Of a stretch of DNA of 64,000 bases, positions 1 through 15,289 are shown piece after piece. How positions within the stretch are numbered: position 1 is the stretch's first letter; each line of letters starts with the position of its first letter. Location of the stretch: NCBI RefSeq assembly GCF_009914755.1, contig NC_060942.1. One strand, written 5' to 3'. The notes beneath the pieces are model-generated. The model had not been told where the DNA came from and ran no database searches. It worked only from the letters and a program-made list of their open reading frames with translations. This DNA comes from the human T2T-CHM13v2.0 reference genome, Homo sapiens. Position numbers and translations under genes: made by a program.

Positions 1-17
1 TGCTTCAAATAACAGGC

Positions 18-46
<29 letters not shown>
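18..46. repeat. poly(T) run
   Basis: 29 consecutive T. Confidence 0.95.
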
Positions 47-49
<3 letters not shown>

Positions 50-830
50 TTCCTAATTGGACCCTATTGGAAACACTGAGGATGCCCATTACAACTACAG
101 ACTGAGGAAATGGGGAAATAGCCACTAGATGCGAGTGTGTACCCACTGGACCCACTATACACAGATTCACACCAAACATCCATTTATCTCATACTCTAAA
201 TGGGACTCCAATACAATCGGGGGAACATGGTGACTTTTCTTTTTGTGTCTCCAGGGAATAGCAGCAATCCAGGGCTTCTGTGTCCCAACCTCTGTGAATT
301 CTGGATATTTTCTTTTCCTCACTAATACCAGGGCTACAACTTCTTTTGGGGAAGGCTTGAAAGGACATTTTTTGTGTATACCCAAAGAATTATTTAGGAT
401 ATCTTCCTCTTCCTCAGCCTCCCTTTCAATTACGGGGCTGTTGCGTGGGGATTAGGCTATGTTAGGGAACCGTTTATTTTCAAGAATTATTGTAGAAATT
501 CAAGCCAGGTTTCTAATCACGAGACCTAGATTGTTCCCAATTATATAGATACATTACATTTTAATAGTTTACACATATATTTAATTGCTAAGGGCTCATG
601 ATCAATTAGGTACTTCCACATATCCCCAGTGTTCATTCTGGCAATTGTAACTTGTACATTTCTAAATATTAAATCTTTTATCTGACTTTTCTTGGTTCAG
701 AATTTCGTAATTTTTCCTTAAACTCAGGAATTCGATTTTAATAGCCACATTTCCCATATCCACTCCATCCTTCAGAAAACAGTTACTTCCAGAACTGTTT
801 AAGGGCCAGGGTATCACCTTCACTAACATG
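50..830 (-). mobile_element. Decayed ERVL-class internal region (gag-pro remnant)
   Basis: Minus strand 155-75 reads VGPVGTHSHLVAISPFPQSVVVMGILS, similar to ERVL protease VGPVGPRTHPVVISPVPECIIGIDILS. Upstream GKENIQ...LFPGDTK resembles WGKGNNQ...LIPGDPK. Near 830-790, LVKVIPWPLNSS resembles gag LVRGAPASLKSS. Stops and frameshifts are present. Confidence 0.7.
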
Positions 831-1369
831 CAGAACTACCATTAGGCCCAGCAATCCTATTACTGGGTATATATCCAAAGTAGAATCAATTATTCTACAA
901 AAAAGACATACACATTTGTATGTTCATCACAGCATTCACAATAACAAATACATGGAATCAACCTAGGTCTCCATTAATGGTGGGCTGGATAAAGAAAATT
1001 TAGTACATACACACCATGAAATACTGCACAGCCATAAACAAGAATGAAATCATGCAATTTGCAGCCACGTGGATGCAACTGGAAGCCATAATCCTCAACA
1101 AATTAATGCAGTAACAGAAAACCAAAGACCACATGTTCTCACCTGTAAGTCAGAGCTACACTTTGAGTGCATATGAATGTAAAGGTGGGAACAATAGACA
1201 CTGAGGACTAGCGAAGCCTGCAAAACTACCTCCTGAGTACTACGCTCACTACCTGGATGGTGGGCTCATTCGCACCCCAAACCTCAGAGTCATGCAATAA
1301 ACCCATGTGAAAAACCTGCACATGTAACCCTTGAACCTAAAATAAAAGCTGAAATTATTTTTTAAAAAA
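831..1369 (+). mobile_element. L1 3' end fragment (L1PA15/16-like)
   Basis: ORF2 C-terminus/3'UTR motifs cagcaatcctattactgggtatat and aaacctgcacatgtaacccttgaacctaaaataaaag, followed by an A-rich tail. Confidence 0.9.
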
Positions 1370-1499
1370 GAAGCAGCCAACCTACTCTGCGGTATTTGTA
1401 TTATCATTACATTGTGGCCATATGATTATCGTACCCTCTAGTTGATATACTAAAATGTTGCTTTCATCTTAAATAACTGCAGTTAATAATTTATCTTGT

Positions 1500-1891
1500 T
1501 TTATAATGGGTATCCTAGAAAAAGATTCTGCACAGAGGGTAGTGTACAGGATATTTATCAAGCAGCATCTTTGAGATATACAGCTGTGGGAAGAGGGGAG
1601 GGATATTTTGAACAATGAGGCAAGCCCAGTGTAGCCTTTGTCAACCACACAGAGACCTTCAGGATTGTTCCAAACTGGGCTACAATTGCAAAGCCTTTAA
1701 ATATCTATTTGATCAGTCACTCTATGTCAGCTGCTCATAGAAGTAATGTAACCTTTTGCCCAATAACTCTCTATAGCTGAAGCAATTCGTGAAGGAGCTT
1801 AGAACTAAAACTGTTTTCCAGTTATATCCCTAGGAGTTGAAGCATTTCCTTGAATTTAAGGAGCTCTGGGATGCACATCACAGTATCCACA
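1500..1891 (-). mobile_element. ERVL-class LTR (LTR33-like), probable 5' LTR of the ERVL remnant
   Basis: Similar to old ERVL LTR consensus (…gattctgcacagagggtagtgtacaggatatttat… to …gcacatcacagtatccacag). Orientation is consistent with the gag-pro remnant. Confidence 0.55.
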
Positions 1892-2999
1892 GTATTGGAT
1901 TTTCTGCCTGACAGTAGATTATCACTGTGTTCACACTGAAACAAGCAAGAAATTGTATTTCAGAATCCCATCCTCCATCGCTGTGCTTCCAGGGATGTTC
2001 AGGTACTAAGAATGGTAGCAAGTACAACCAGGAACATGAAAAACATTTTATGTATTTGGAATCTCTGGTCACAGGTAATTGAAAAAAGGTGTAGCTTAAA
2101 CACTAGACTAGGAGAAAATCACACAGGTGATAACTAGAGATCACCAGTGCTTCTAGTTTGAAGAAAAAAATAAAAGGAGAAGGCTAGTTTGGGAACCATT
2201 ATCCACTGGAAGATGAAACCACAGCAGGCCTGCACACTGGGAGCTGGAGGCACAAAGAAGATACTTCCTCTGTAGGTGGTGCTTCCAGAGCTAGAAAGGG
2301 AGGAAAAGACTCCAAATTCTCTTACCATCCTGACCCCTAATCTCCGCCACAGCTTCTCATTCACAAATTCTGTATATACTAGGGTAGTCTGGGAAACACA
2401 CACTAAAGGTCCCAACTTACTTCCTTGCATACACAGAAGAGGAAGACATGCTTTAAAAGCACACTAAAAATATATAAAAGTATGTAAATGTTAAAGTTGA
2501 CAACCAACCACCAAAAGTTTGGCTAAATAATTTAAGTGTTTTACAATTCTGTAATCTTTATGTGTGTGTGTATATAAATATATATATACATGCATTAAAC
2601 ATACATGCATGTATTTCAGTTATACTTTAAAAATTGGTTTCCCAATAGTATATAAATAAAATTCTATTATTTTGAAACATAGTCAGAATTAATTAGAACA
2701 TTATCAGAGTTCTGTATTCCACTTGGGATGTAAATGAAGAACTTGGACTGAGTTCAGAAAAGAGATACACAAAATAACTAATGTTGATGTGAGTTCTATA
2801 AAATGAATCTACATTACTGGATTTATATATAATGTAGAAATTAACAACCATGGAGATAGTGCATAAGATTTAGTGCAAGAGCTTCTATAACTTTATAGAG
2901 AATCTGAAGATAAAGAAGGGCTTTACTTTTAAAATTATGTAGACTGGCCACAAAGACATATGGTTTCATGGTTTTTAAAAGGTGATCTGTATGAGCTTC

Positions 3000-3130
3000 T
3001 TGTCTTTAGTGAGGTAAAATATTATTCCCATTTTAACAATGAGAATAAAGAGGTTCAAGAAGCTAAATTATTAACTTGAGACCTTGCAGATAGAAAGTAA
3101 CAAAGGAGAATAATGCAGGTCTCCTTCTTA
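3000..3130 (-). mobile_element. MIR SINE fragment
   Basis: attattcccattttaacaatgagaataaagaggttcaaga matches the reverse MIR core. Confidence 0.65.
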
Positions 3131-3441
3131 AAGAACCGCTCTTAATGTTACTTATTTTCTTTTCAAATATATATGGCTTGTTTACAAATGTGAGTTTTTC
3201 CATGCCAAAAGAATTACAACAGGTTAAAGAGTAACATGCAAAAATAAGTTAAAATCATCTGCCTAGTAATAATTGTTAACATTTTGTAAAATTTCTGATA
3301 CCCATTTTGACTACCAGTACTATAATGTGTCTGGAGTCATAGTACATATACAGCTTCACATCAACTTTTGCCATTAACAGTATCATATGCTCTGATTGAC
3401 TCTGGTAATTGAAGAATTTGTCTTAACAGAATTTTAGTAGG

Positions 3442-3785
3442 TGCTATATTAGGGTAATTCATGGTAGCTGCTGCCACTGATAAACTCCATAAATCTCTGT
3501 GGCTTGACACACTAAAGATTGAGCTATTTGTTCAGGTTAAGTCTGATGGTGTTCAGCTGGCCCACTGGTGTAGCCCCTCTCCTCTGATGCCATCACAGTT
3601 GGAGATGAAAGCAATAGAAGTACATATTGTTTCTTATCTGACTCAAACCGGAAGTACCACACATCACTTCTGTTCAGAGGAATTTAGCCAGAAATCCTTA
3701 TATGTCCCCAACTTCTTTCCATGAGAGGCTGGCAAACATGAGGGAGCACATTAAGCATTTAATGAGCACTAGCAGTCTTTGTTAG
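3442..3785 (-). mobile_element. Old MaLR LTR (MLT1I/J/K-like)
   Basis: aaatctctgtggcttgacac…, gaagtaccacacatcacttctg and atgagcactagcagtcttt match old MLT1 LTR motifs. Confidence 0.65.
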
Positions 3786-3829
3786 GGAATGACATTCAGT
3801 TTTTGGCAATACCAATCATGCTCTTAACT

Positions 3830-4063
3830 CATATATATGCATATGTGTGTGTATATATGTATCTATATATATGCAAATATTATATATTATTCTATATCAG
3901 TAGATGGATATATATTTTTGTCTTGAAATATAAGTAGTAAACATAATATATAATATACATATATTATATATGTATATAAATAAAAAAGCTAAAATTTCAA
4001 TAGCATATAATACAAAATATACATATATTAAGTATTATATGTTATTGAAATTTTAGCTTTTTT
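3830..4063. repeat. (TA)n-rich tract ending in a 32-bp inverted repeat
   Basis: Arms 3982-4013 and 4032-4063 are reverse complements with 1 mismatch; 18-nt loop. Confidence 0.9.
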
Positions 4064-4079
4064 GTTATTCTTTTTTTGA

Positions 4080-4520
4080 ACTTGCCTGCTTCCTCCTTTG
4101 CTTCTCCAAATTTCATTCTTCCCAATAAGCTGAAGTACACATTTAACAGTTATAAATCAGATTGGATCACTCTTCTGTTTATGTTTTCCAGGGTCAACAG
4201 ACATGATCTGATGCCACCCTGCTGATGTGACTCTGTCTCCTATTACTCTCCACTTTACCTTCCATGCTGCAGCTGGATCAACCTTTATTCTCGTCTGGCA
4301 TGTACTCTGCTAGCTACAGCCTTAAGGATTTGATACTAGTGCTTCTCTTTATTTGATATGTTTATCCTTTGATCATTACATAACTAGCTGTTTTCTGACA
4401 TATCAAATATAGAGTACATTTTCCTCCAAAACTTTATCTACAATCAAACAAAATAATTCTCTGTGGCTAACAAGGGATTTGCTATTGCATGATCTTATTT
4501 AAATTCTCTGAATAAGTTTC
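4080..4520 (+). mobile_element. L2 LINE fragment
   Basis: tataaatcagattggatcactcttctgttt and acatgatctg match the L2 3' region. Confidence 0.6.
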
Positions 4521-5139
4521 ACCATCTATATATTTTTTTCAGTTTTGTGATGCCAATTTGCTTAACCCTCTTGTGTAGTGATTAATTGTAAAAAGAATGC
4601 TCTTAGTCTGCTTTTTTAAGGCTGGTTTTCCTATTTTCTAACTCTGTGGTATTAGATTTGATGCATTATATATGTTTTTTCCCTTATTGTCCTTGACAAT
4701 ATGAAGATTCAAAAAAATATTTAGGTAACCCTAATGGATGTGGGAACCAAGTAGTCCAACTCAGTGGTGAAATACTTTGGAGGAACATAGCCCCAGGCCG
4801 AAAATTAATATATAAATAAAAATAAAAGTTTCAACATTTATTTTCTTTTCCTGAAGAACATTAAAATAGATCTAATTTATAAATCTTAGCAACCCTTACA
4901 TTAACCCCTCCTTTCCTATTTTCCCTAACTGTTTTTACTCTAATATTTTAATACCCCAAATATTTTTTTCATCTTTCACTTCTTATTTATCTACCAATTT
5001 CTTTCTTTGTTCTTCCAATTTTTATGTTCCTGCCTCCTCTGCTGTGACTTCAATTTTGTGCTTTGAAAAATCTAAGAAACTATTTGGGAAAGGCAAATTA
5101 TTTTTAAAATGTGAACAAAAATGTATTTTGCAATTGGGT

Positions 5140-6478
5140 GACATTCTTGGAGTCATTCTCAACATCATTTTTTGTTTGTTTGTTTTCCTATGCCGTACAG
5201 AAAATATTTGACAAATCTTGTTGACTTTACTTAAAACATTTGTTTTTAACTGAAAACAGTTTTAGGTTTATAGGAAAGTTGCAAAACTAGCGTCGTGAGT
5301 TCTTATATACTGCTCAACACAGTTCTTCAAATGTTAACATCTAATACTATCATGGTGCATTAATGAAAACTAAAACTTAACATTGGAACAATAATACTAA
5401 TTCATTTACAAATTTTATGTGGATTAGACCAGATTTTGCACTATTGTTCTTTTTCTCTTACATATCCAGTCCAGGAGGATCTCATTGCATTTAGTCATCA
5501 TATCTCACTGGTCTTCTCAGTTTTATGTCTTGTTTTTCTCAGTCTTTTCTCTTTGTGTTAATGACTTTTGGAGAGTACTAGTCAGATATGCAACAAAATA
5601 TTCCTGAATTTGAATTTGATGTTTTCTTATGATTAGAGTGAGGTTATGAATTTGGAGGAAGAATATCACATAAATGATATATGCTTCCTATTACATCATA
5701 TTGTGGTGTGTGGGTGATGTACAATAATTTTCAAATAAATCTAGAATCAAATCATTTAATTTCTACCACTATTAGTCATTTTGTCTGGGCTACTATCTTC
5801 TTTCTTCTGAATAATTGTAATCTCCAATGGTCCCTCCCTGCTTCTTTCTCTTCTCATGTACAATGGATTATCAAAACAGCAGTTGTTTCCATTTCAAAGC
5901 ATTAGTCAGATCATGACATCCTGCTACTCAAACTCCTCCAAGAGTTTGCCATTGACTTGAAGTAATATGTGTAGATAGATGTGACACATATGTAACATTA
6001 TATAGCACACATAGCCACACATAGGCTATCATTTCATGCGTGTCAAAGCTTCACCTCTCCCAGTTCACTCCAGCCACATTGGCTTCCTTGTTTTCATAAA
6101 CATGTTAAGTCAGCTCCTACTTCTGGGCATCACATTCACCCTTTTCTTGATCAGAAATGCTTCTACCACAGAAATGGCCACAGTTTGTGCCCTCACCACT
6201 TTAGGCCTATGCTGAATGTCACTTTCTTGGTGATATCCTCCATGACTTGTCTATTTAAAATAGTATCTCTCCTCCTATACGCGCTGTGTACCTTTTCCCA
6301 CTTTTTTCTTTGATCAGAACACTTATGACCTTTTTAACTTATTTATTGCATGGTTTGTCTGTTTTCTCCGCTAAAATGTAAGATCCATAGGAGTGTGATT
6401 TTTTTTTTTGTGGTTTAATGTGTTCTCTTCAGTGCCCGGAATATATAAAAGAGATAAGTGAATAATTCTTATATGAAT
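5140..6478 (+). mobile_element. L2a 3' region, interrupted by an L1MC fragment
   Basis: gtcagatcatgacatcctgctactcaaactcctcc, tccagccacattggcttcctt and taaaatgtaagatccataggag match the L2a 3' end. Confidence 0.75.
5240..5728 (-). mobile_element. L1MC4/5-type 3' end inserted in L2
   Basis: ttttaggtttataggaaagttgcaaaa, cattgcatttagtcatcatatctc and tttcttatgattagagtgaggttatgaatttggaggaagaatatcac. Confidence 0.75.
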
Positions 6479-8599
6479 ACATGGCCTGGAAGAGGAGATG
6501 TTTAGTGTTTTTCTTTCTTTCCCTAAACTCTGGTCTCTGTTCATCTAATATCTCCTCATCTCAAAAACCTTAGGGATGGTTTGATATGTACTCATCCAGG
6601 TAAAATTCTCACTGCCAACTTTAATCCAGCAAAAATATGATCTGAAATAAGTCTTAGCCCCTCTGCCTGTGTCTCTGACATGCTATGACTAGAATATATG
6701 TGAAACTAATACCTCAATTGCATCGTGCTTTTTAAAATGTTTTCTCTCTACTTCTCTAATACTTTTACATCATTCACACACTTCATCGAAGAGGTTTGCC
6801 TATTACAGAATAAAATATGTCACCTCCTATCATCTCTTCCTGCATTATTGCTTCCTTAGAGTTATGGTCTATGAGATTTTTTAGTTGGGGGGATGCAGAT
6901 CAATAATATATGTGTCTTAAAAATATAGCAACAATACTGCCCCACAATCGTTTCACACTTCAGTATGCTACTGAAGAAGCTTGTGGCTCTATGCAAGATA
7001 TATATTTCTAAGCCAAACAGCAGACATAATTCAGGAGGTCTCAATAATGCTCATGAATCTGATTTTAAACAAATCCTTCCAAGTAATTTTGATGTAAGAG
7101 TTTTATTGGTATATAACTATAATAGGATGAGGATTGACAGCAAGTTCCAAAAATAAAGGAAAAGTTTCTTACATTTCAGATGCATTTTTGGTCATTCTGT
7201 TTTACTGGTTGGGCCTATACTTAATATAATTCCTCCAAAATTCAAACAAATTATTTCAGGTGTTGGTAGCATTGTGAATGTTCATTTCATGGGTGCACTG
7301 TATTTGTATATGCAGGTGTGCATGCATATCTGTATGCACACCTGTGTTTCTATGTGCTTGTGTGTCTGTGTGTGCTCGTATTTACTGGTATATTTATAAG
7401 CATTTGGAAAGAATGTAAAAGATGCTATGTAGGTTTGAATACTAAAATATTTTTACTGCAAATGTTACTGGAACACTTAGAAGTAAATCTGTTACAGAAA
7501 AGTATCTAATCTGGTTTTAAATCACGCTGCATAGACTGTAATTTTTTTAGCATGTTCTTCTTAGTGACAAGAAAGATATTCCTCTTCCTTGTGGGCACCT
7601 AAATAAATTAAAGCCCCAAATATTCCATTTTAAAGATCATTTTAACCAACAAAAATCTCCCTAATGAAATCATATTAGGTTTAATGATATCGTACTGAAA
7701 AGTACAATAAACAATAGTAGGTAGAGTGTTCAAAAAGGCTTGGCTTTTTAAATGACCTTACAAATTAAAGCTAATTGACACAGGAAATGACGCTGTATAA
7801 TCATTAGATATAGTCATAATTTTATTGGTATTTAATCTTAGAATAGTGTGTTGTGGGTAATCTGAGGAAAGCTTGCAATTTTAAAATGGAAGCTGAAGTA
7901 ATGAGTGTAATAAAAGTGCAAAATAATAAGGACACAGTTGGGCAGTTTGTGTTGCCACTTAAAATCCTCATCCTCCCTTCTTTTTTCCAGCACAGGCTGA
8001 AAGAGCAGGCTGCCAAAGACTAATGCAGAGTCATTCTCATCTGCTCATTTTAATTCTGTTGCCAATTATCCTTAATTATTGAAAACTTTTTTTGGGGTGT
8101 AATGGTTACTGAAATGTTAGTGTGCTCATTAAACTGAAACTCTACATAGAGCAATAGATCTTGATAAGCACTGGTTTGTTATAGTTCTAAAATTTCAAGT
8201 ATTCCTTACTCTATTAACTTCAAATTCATACTCCACAAAACATTTACTCAGAATTAATAAGTATTTTTTAAAGCCAAAGAGGCCTCACAAAATGGCTTAA
8301 ATGATATAAAATGTAAGAATAATTTAAACTGGCTCGCGTGAAGGACAATCAGTCCAAATTTGGCCTTATATGAAAGCAGCACACCTTTAGAAGGAAGCAA
8401 AATATTTCAGATGTCACCACGAAATTCCGTGTCAGTACTACCTTACTATAAAAATGCACCACGTTCATATTCCAGCAAACTGGCATCAGCTGATGAAAGC
8501 TATGACAAATGATAAATTCATACACATATCTTGCATTATGGAAGTGAAAGAATTTATTGTAGATGTGACTATACATGTTTGCCTCTACTTATACTCAGA

Positions 8600-9010
8600 A
8601 CCCAACTAAACATTTTCTAGAATTTCCTTTTCTGTATGGCTTTGGGTTTGCATTAGCCCTAGGAGACATCCTATACCTGGCCTTTGAATTACATGCATCA
8701 ATGCCTCCAGCCAGCCAACCACAGCACCAGGTTTGAAGGTGCTGGAAGACAGGCCCAATATGTCCTTGCAGGTTCCAGTTGTCCTCATGGGATCCAGTTT
8801 ACCCTTGCTCTTCTGCACGTTCAGCTTTCCTTTCCAGCTGCCAATCCTGTTGACCTACAGTAACCTTAGGCTCAATACCAGATGCAGAAGCACCATCTTA
8901 CAGAGAGTGCTACAGCATTTCCCACAATTGTGGAAGATCAGAGCCATATAAAGAGTTATTTATGTTAAAATCAATAGCAGTTTGACTTCACTGTTCAAAG
9001 TTTGGTTGAT
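8600..9010 (+). mobile_element. ERVL-class LTR fragment (LTR33/LTR41-like)
   Basis: aaccttaggctcaataccagatgcagaagcacc and cccacaattgtggaagatc resemble old ERVL LTR 3' portions. Confidence 0.5.
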
Positions 9011-9097
9011 TGACCTGCGACTCCCCCTTTTTCTGGAAACTACTAGAAGATTGCTCTACCAGAATGAGAGAGTAAATGAAAGGAAGACATAGAATCC

Positions 9098-9430
9098 TTA
9101 TCTTCATTTGGGGGCTATACCAAATACCATAAACTGGATAACTTATAAACAACAGAAATTGATTTCTCACAGTTCTGGAGTCCGGGACATCCAAGATAAA
9201 GTGCTGGCAGATTCAGTGTCTGATGACGGCCCACTTCTTGGTTCTTAGAACCGTGCCTTCCCATTGTATCCTCACATGGTGGAAGGGGCATGCTAGTTCT
9301 CTGGGAATTCATTTATGAGGATACCAATCCCATCCATGAGGGCTCTGCTTTTATGACCTATTCACCATCATACTGCTTATTAGGTTTCAACATACAAATT
9401 TGGGGGAAACAGAACGGTTCAGACCACAGA
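9098..9430 (-). mobile_element. MLT1A-type solo LTR
   Basis: aaataccataaactggataacttataaacaacagaaattgatttctcacagttctggag and ggcagattcagtgtctgatga. Confidence 0.9.
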
Positions 9431-9719
9431 AATCCCCAAAACTGGGATCCAATGACAAGGAATTTCATGATATAGATAAAGTGAAATCCCAGAATAATGG
9501 CTCTTAAAAATATCCAGATAGCAAATAATATAGTTTGGAATGTAAGTGCAATAGATTGTAATACAAATAATTCCATGTAAAAGGAATCAGATATATTCTT
9601 ATGTTGCTGAACACATTTAAAGAAGGATTTTTCTCTACTAACAGAAATACTTCGAATTAATTAAGAATAAGTACCTTTAGAAAGTTAAATAAAAAGTAAA
9701 ACAAATGGGCAAATATTAA

Positions 9720-11428
<1,709 letters not shown>

Positions 11429-11722
11429 ATTGTTGTGCTAGGCTCTCATAATAAAATACCACAAACTGGGTGGCCAAAATCAAGGACCATACTCTCTCTA
11501 GAATCTATAGTGTAGAGTCTTTCCTTACTACTTCCTTGCTTCTGATGGACGCTATCAATCCTTGACACTTCTTGGCTTGCAGCAGCATTACTCTAATCTC
11601 TGCCTTTATCAATGGCATTTTCTTTATTAGTCTCTGTGTATCCAAATGATCTTCTTTTATAAGGACATCAGTCATTTTGGATTAGGATCATTCTAATTAT
11701 TTTTTGATAGCATCTGCAGATT

Positions 11723-12047
<325 letters not shown>

Positions 12048-12117
12048 ATCTGCAGATTCTATTTCAAAATAAAATCACATTCACAGGTATTGGGGGTAGG
12101 ATTTCAACAGATCTTTT

Positions 12118-12175
12118 GTGTGTGTGTGTACATGTTTGTGTGTGTGTGCATGTATATGTGTGTGTGTGTGTGTGT
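12118..12175. repeat. Interrupted (TG)n microsatellite
   Basis: Direct reading. Confidence 0.9.
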
Positions 12176-15100
12176 CACAATTCAACCCATAATAATGTGA
12201 TAGTTTAGGATAACAATTGAAATTAAATTGAGATACACGTGGATTCTAGTACATTTCTGTGACAACCTTTATGCTTGTCTTGGTTTAAATTTCATCCTAT
12301 GTGAAATGCAGTGGTACAGTAGTGCTGTCTAAAGACTCTCTATTTTATTGTCTTATATTTCTCTTCTCTATATTAAAAATGTATAAAAACCAAAGCTGTA
12401 TCTACAGGAACACACAATAACAAAGATAGTGAAAATTAAGTCTACCTAGATTCCAGGTCTGTCATGCATTTTCATCCAATGTTTTCTCCAACCTGTATAA
12501 AGTTTTAATTTTTGTTCTTTTGTTACAAAAATTGAATGCATAAGTAAATGAGAACTTTAAGCATTTCTCAAATATGAGTAAAACCTAGGTCTTTCATTTT
12601 AAGATGTGGTGGGCATTCTGGAAATCAACTTAGGCTACAGAAGATAGACATATAAAATTATGTATTTTTAAAATCAAAGTGATACAACAAACTGATTTAT
12701 TTGGTTACTCTTTAATTTCATAGGGACTTTAAAGTAGTTAATGTAAGTTATCAGAAACAAATCTGATTTGTTTTTCAATTCACAAGAGCACTAACTCCCA
12801 AAGAATGTAAAATGTAGTTTTGTAGGTTGGAGCAGAGAAGGTTGAAATTTATTTTCCTAGCTTCAACAACATCAGACTTAAAAATTTCAGAGTTGAATTT
12901 GTAAATTCTCATGCAATACATGAAGCCAACTCTCAGAGACAGACAAATGTTATGTCTTCATTTTCTACCCCTGTTTTTATCTTGTTCCTTCTTTTCTTCT
13001 TATGCAATTTACTTTCAGCTCCTCCAAAGGTTTTCAGGTTCTTACTGCTCAGCTTTGTGTCCTGCTGAGCTAAAACTTTCTCCCAGGTTTATCTCTGCCT
13101 GCACTCCTTGCACTCAAGATCAAATTTTACTGTGTATTATCTTGTATCCTTTTTATAATTCTGAAAATGTTGATACTTACACCTTTCAAAAAGAGACAGA
13201 TTCAATAGTAGTCATCTGTAACTCAGCACTGGCATTGGTATTCTTTTCATCGCAAGGGAGCATACTAAGGCTTGAAAAATTAAACCAATCATTCAATTAA
13301 CTTTGTTTTATTCACTTTTGTTTGTTAGGCACTGTCTTAAATAATGAGAATAGGAAAAATTAACTTTTTGACAAGTGCCATAAATGGTAACAAGTGCATA
13401 AAAATGAACTCATCCTTATGTTTAGTTCATATCTTATTTTTTCTTTTTACTTGATTTTTTTAACTATTTCTTTTTACTAGAAAGTAATTAAATCATACCT
13501 ATTTCAAGTGCTTCTCTAATTCTGACTGTTATCTTACCACACTCTCTTTTTTGCAATTAATCAGTTATTCTGGTTTTAAAAGATTTAGAAGTAAGACTAT
13601 AACATGGGAAATTTCCATTGGAACATTTTCTCAAACTGCAAAACAAAATAAAGCAATTTTAGTGCCTTTGCTATTTTTATTTGATATCTAACTAGAACAC
13701 ATGAAATCCAATCTGCTCATATTTAAATAGCACAGTGTCAATGGGTTATTTCTCAAGAGACACCATTCTTAAGGCAACTTTAGCTTCACATTGAAAGATC
13801 AGAAAATCATAATTCTCTTATGATATTTAAATGTAAGATTTTATATATAGTATGGAATAAAAATGGAGAATTTTAATTTTTCTTTTTAAAAAATGTTTTA
13901 TTAATGCTATGACTTGACAAACAAAAGAATTTCATTTTTCAACTTCAAAAGCCCCAGAGTATTTTAAGTGTATTATATTTAGTGTCTATATAAATTAGTT
14001 TTCAATTTCAGATCATTTTGATATAATGAGATTCTGTCACAAAGCATTCCCTGTTAATCAAGAGTGGCTGCAATTATTAATATCTGAATGGCATAAAACT
14101 GATAGTTTTTGATATAATTACTAGGGATGGGTTGTTGCATTTTTAGTAACCATAAACTAATTTTAATATTCAATTAATTACAATCGCAATTTTTTATAAC
14201 TCATTTGATGACTTCAGAAAACTCTCTTATCTGCTTTTGTATATGGTGTTTATTGACTTTCTACATGATCCCAAGTAAATGATTGACAAAATAAAGTATT
14301 ACTATGCTCCAGCAGATTGTTGTGATATTAGAAATTGATCCTATAGCTATATTTTCATGTTTATTGTGACACATAAAATTAATGCTTTCATTTTAAGCAA
14401 TTAAGATTTGTTCATTTAAATAAGTCAATTCTTTTTGCTAGGATCTATTATTTTATATTGTTTTATAGCTAGTTCAATGAATAAGTTCTATTTCTATAAT
14501 TTTTTATTTTTAGACTGTGTTATTTGGCCTTGAACTTCTTGTTTTCAACTCTTTAAAGGCTAGTGGCTTGGTTTTAATTTAAACTCTTTGGGCATCTTGA
14601 ATGCTGATTTGAGCTCTTTGGACAATTATTTATTCAAATATTCAATATTTATTCAAGATTACTAAATACTCTGAAACCATTAACTTGCTTATTTCTTAGA
14701 AAATGCAAAATACATGAAGAGATTATAATTGGCATATATACTTAAGTATGCTTGTATATCTGTTTAACAATCAATTCTAAAACTTTGTTAAACTTGTAAC
14801 TAGTATTTGAAGATTTGAAAGATCTAGATTTTTAAACTTACTTAGACAAATGATGCTCATAGATGTTTGTTATTAAATTTTACAATGGGAATAGAAGGGG
14901 ATAGGGATGGTAGAAGGTTACTAGAAGAACTTTTCTCTGTGGGCTATGATTTTAAAGAACGGTAGGGGAAATGGATAAAGATGAATCAATTGTATTGTAG
15001 TGACAGATGTAATAATAAATCTAGGCCAAGTTGTGGAGAGCTTTAAATATGCAAATGAATCATTTGGACCTGGTCTGCTTTCTGGAGTGGGGAAGACACA

Positions 15101-15289
15101 TTTGTCTGTCACCTATTTACTTGATCTCATTCCTTATTTACATAAAAATAAGTGAAGGAAAATGTCACCAAAATGCATGGAAATAATGAATGAATTTGGT
15201 AAAAATCAATGGAAAATAGAACAAAGGCATGATTGATTGGCATTCAAAATTAAACGAAAGATAAACTAAAAAAAATGAATGCTGTAAAC

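Noticed and set aside
12911-13300. 129-aa ATG ORF in unique DNA
   Set aside because: No recognisable domain, composition typical of T-rich non-coding DNA, and no supporting gene structure.
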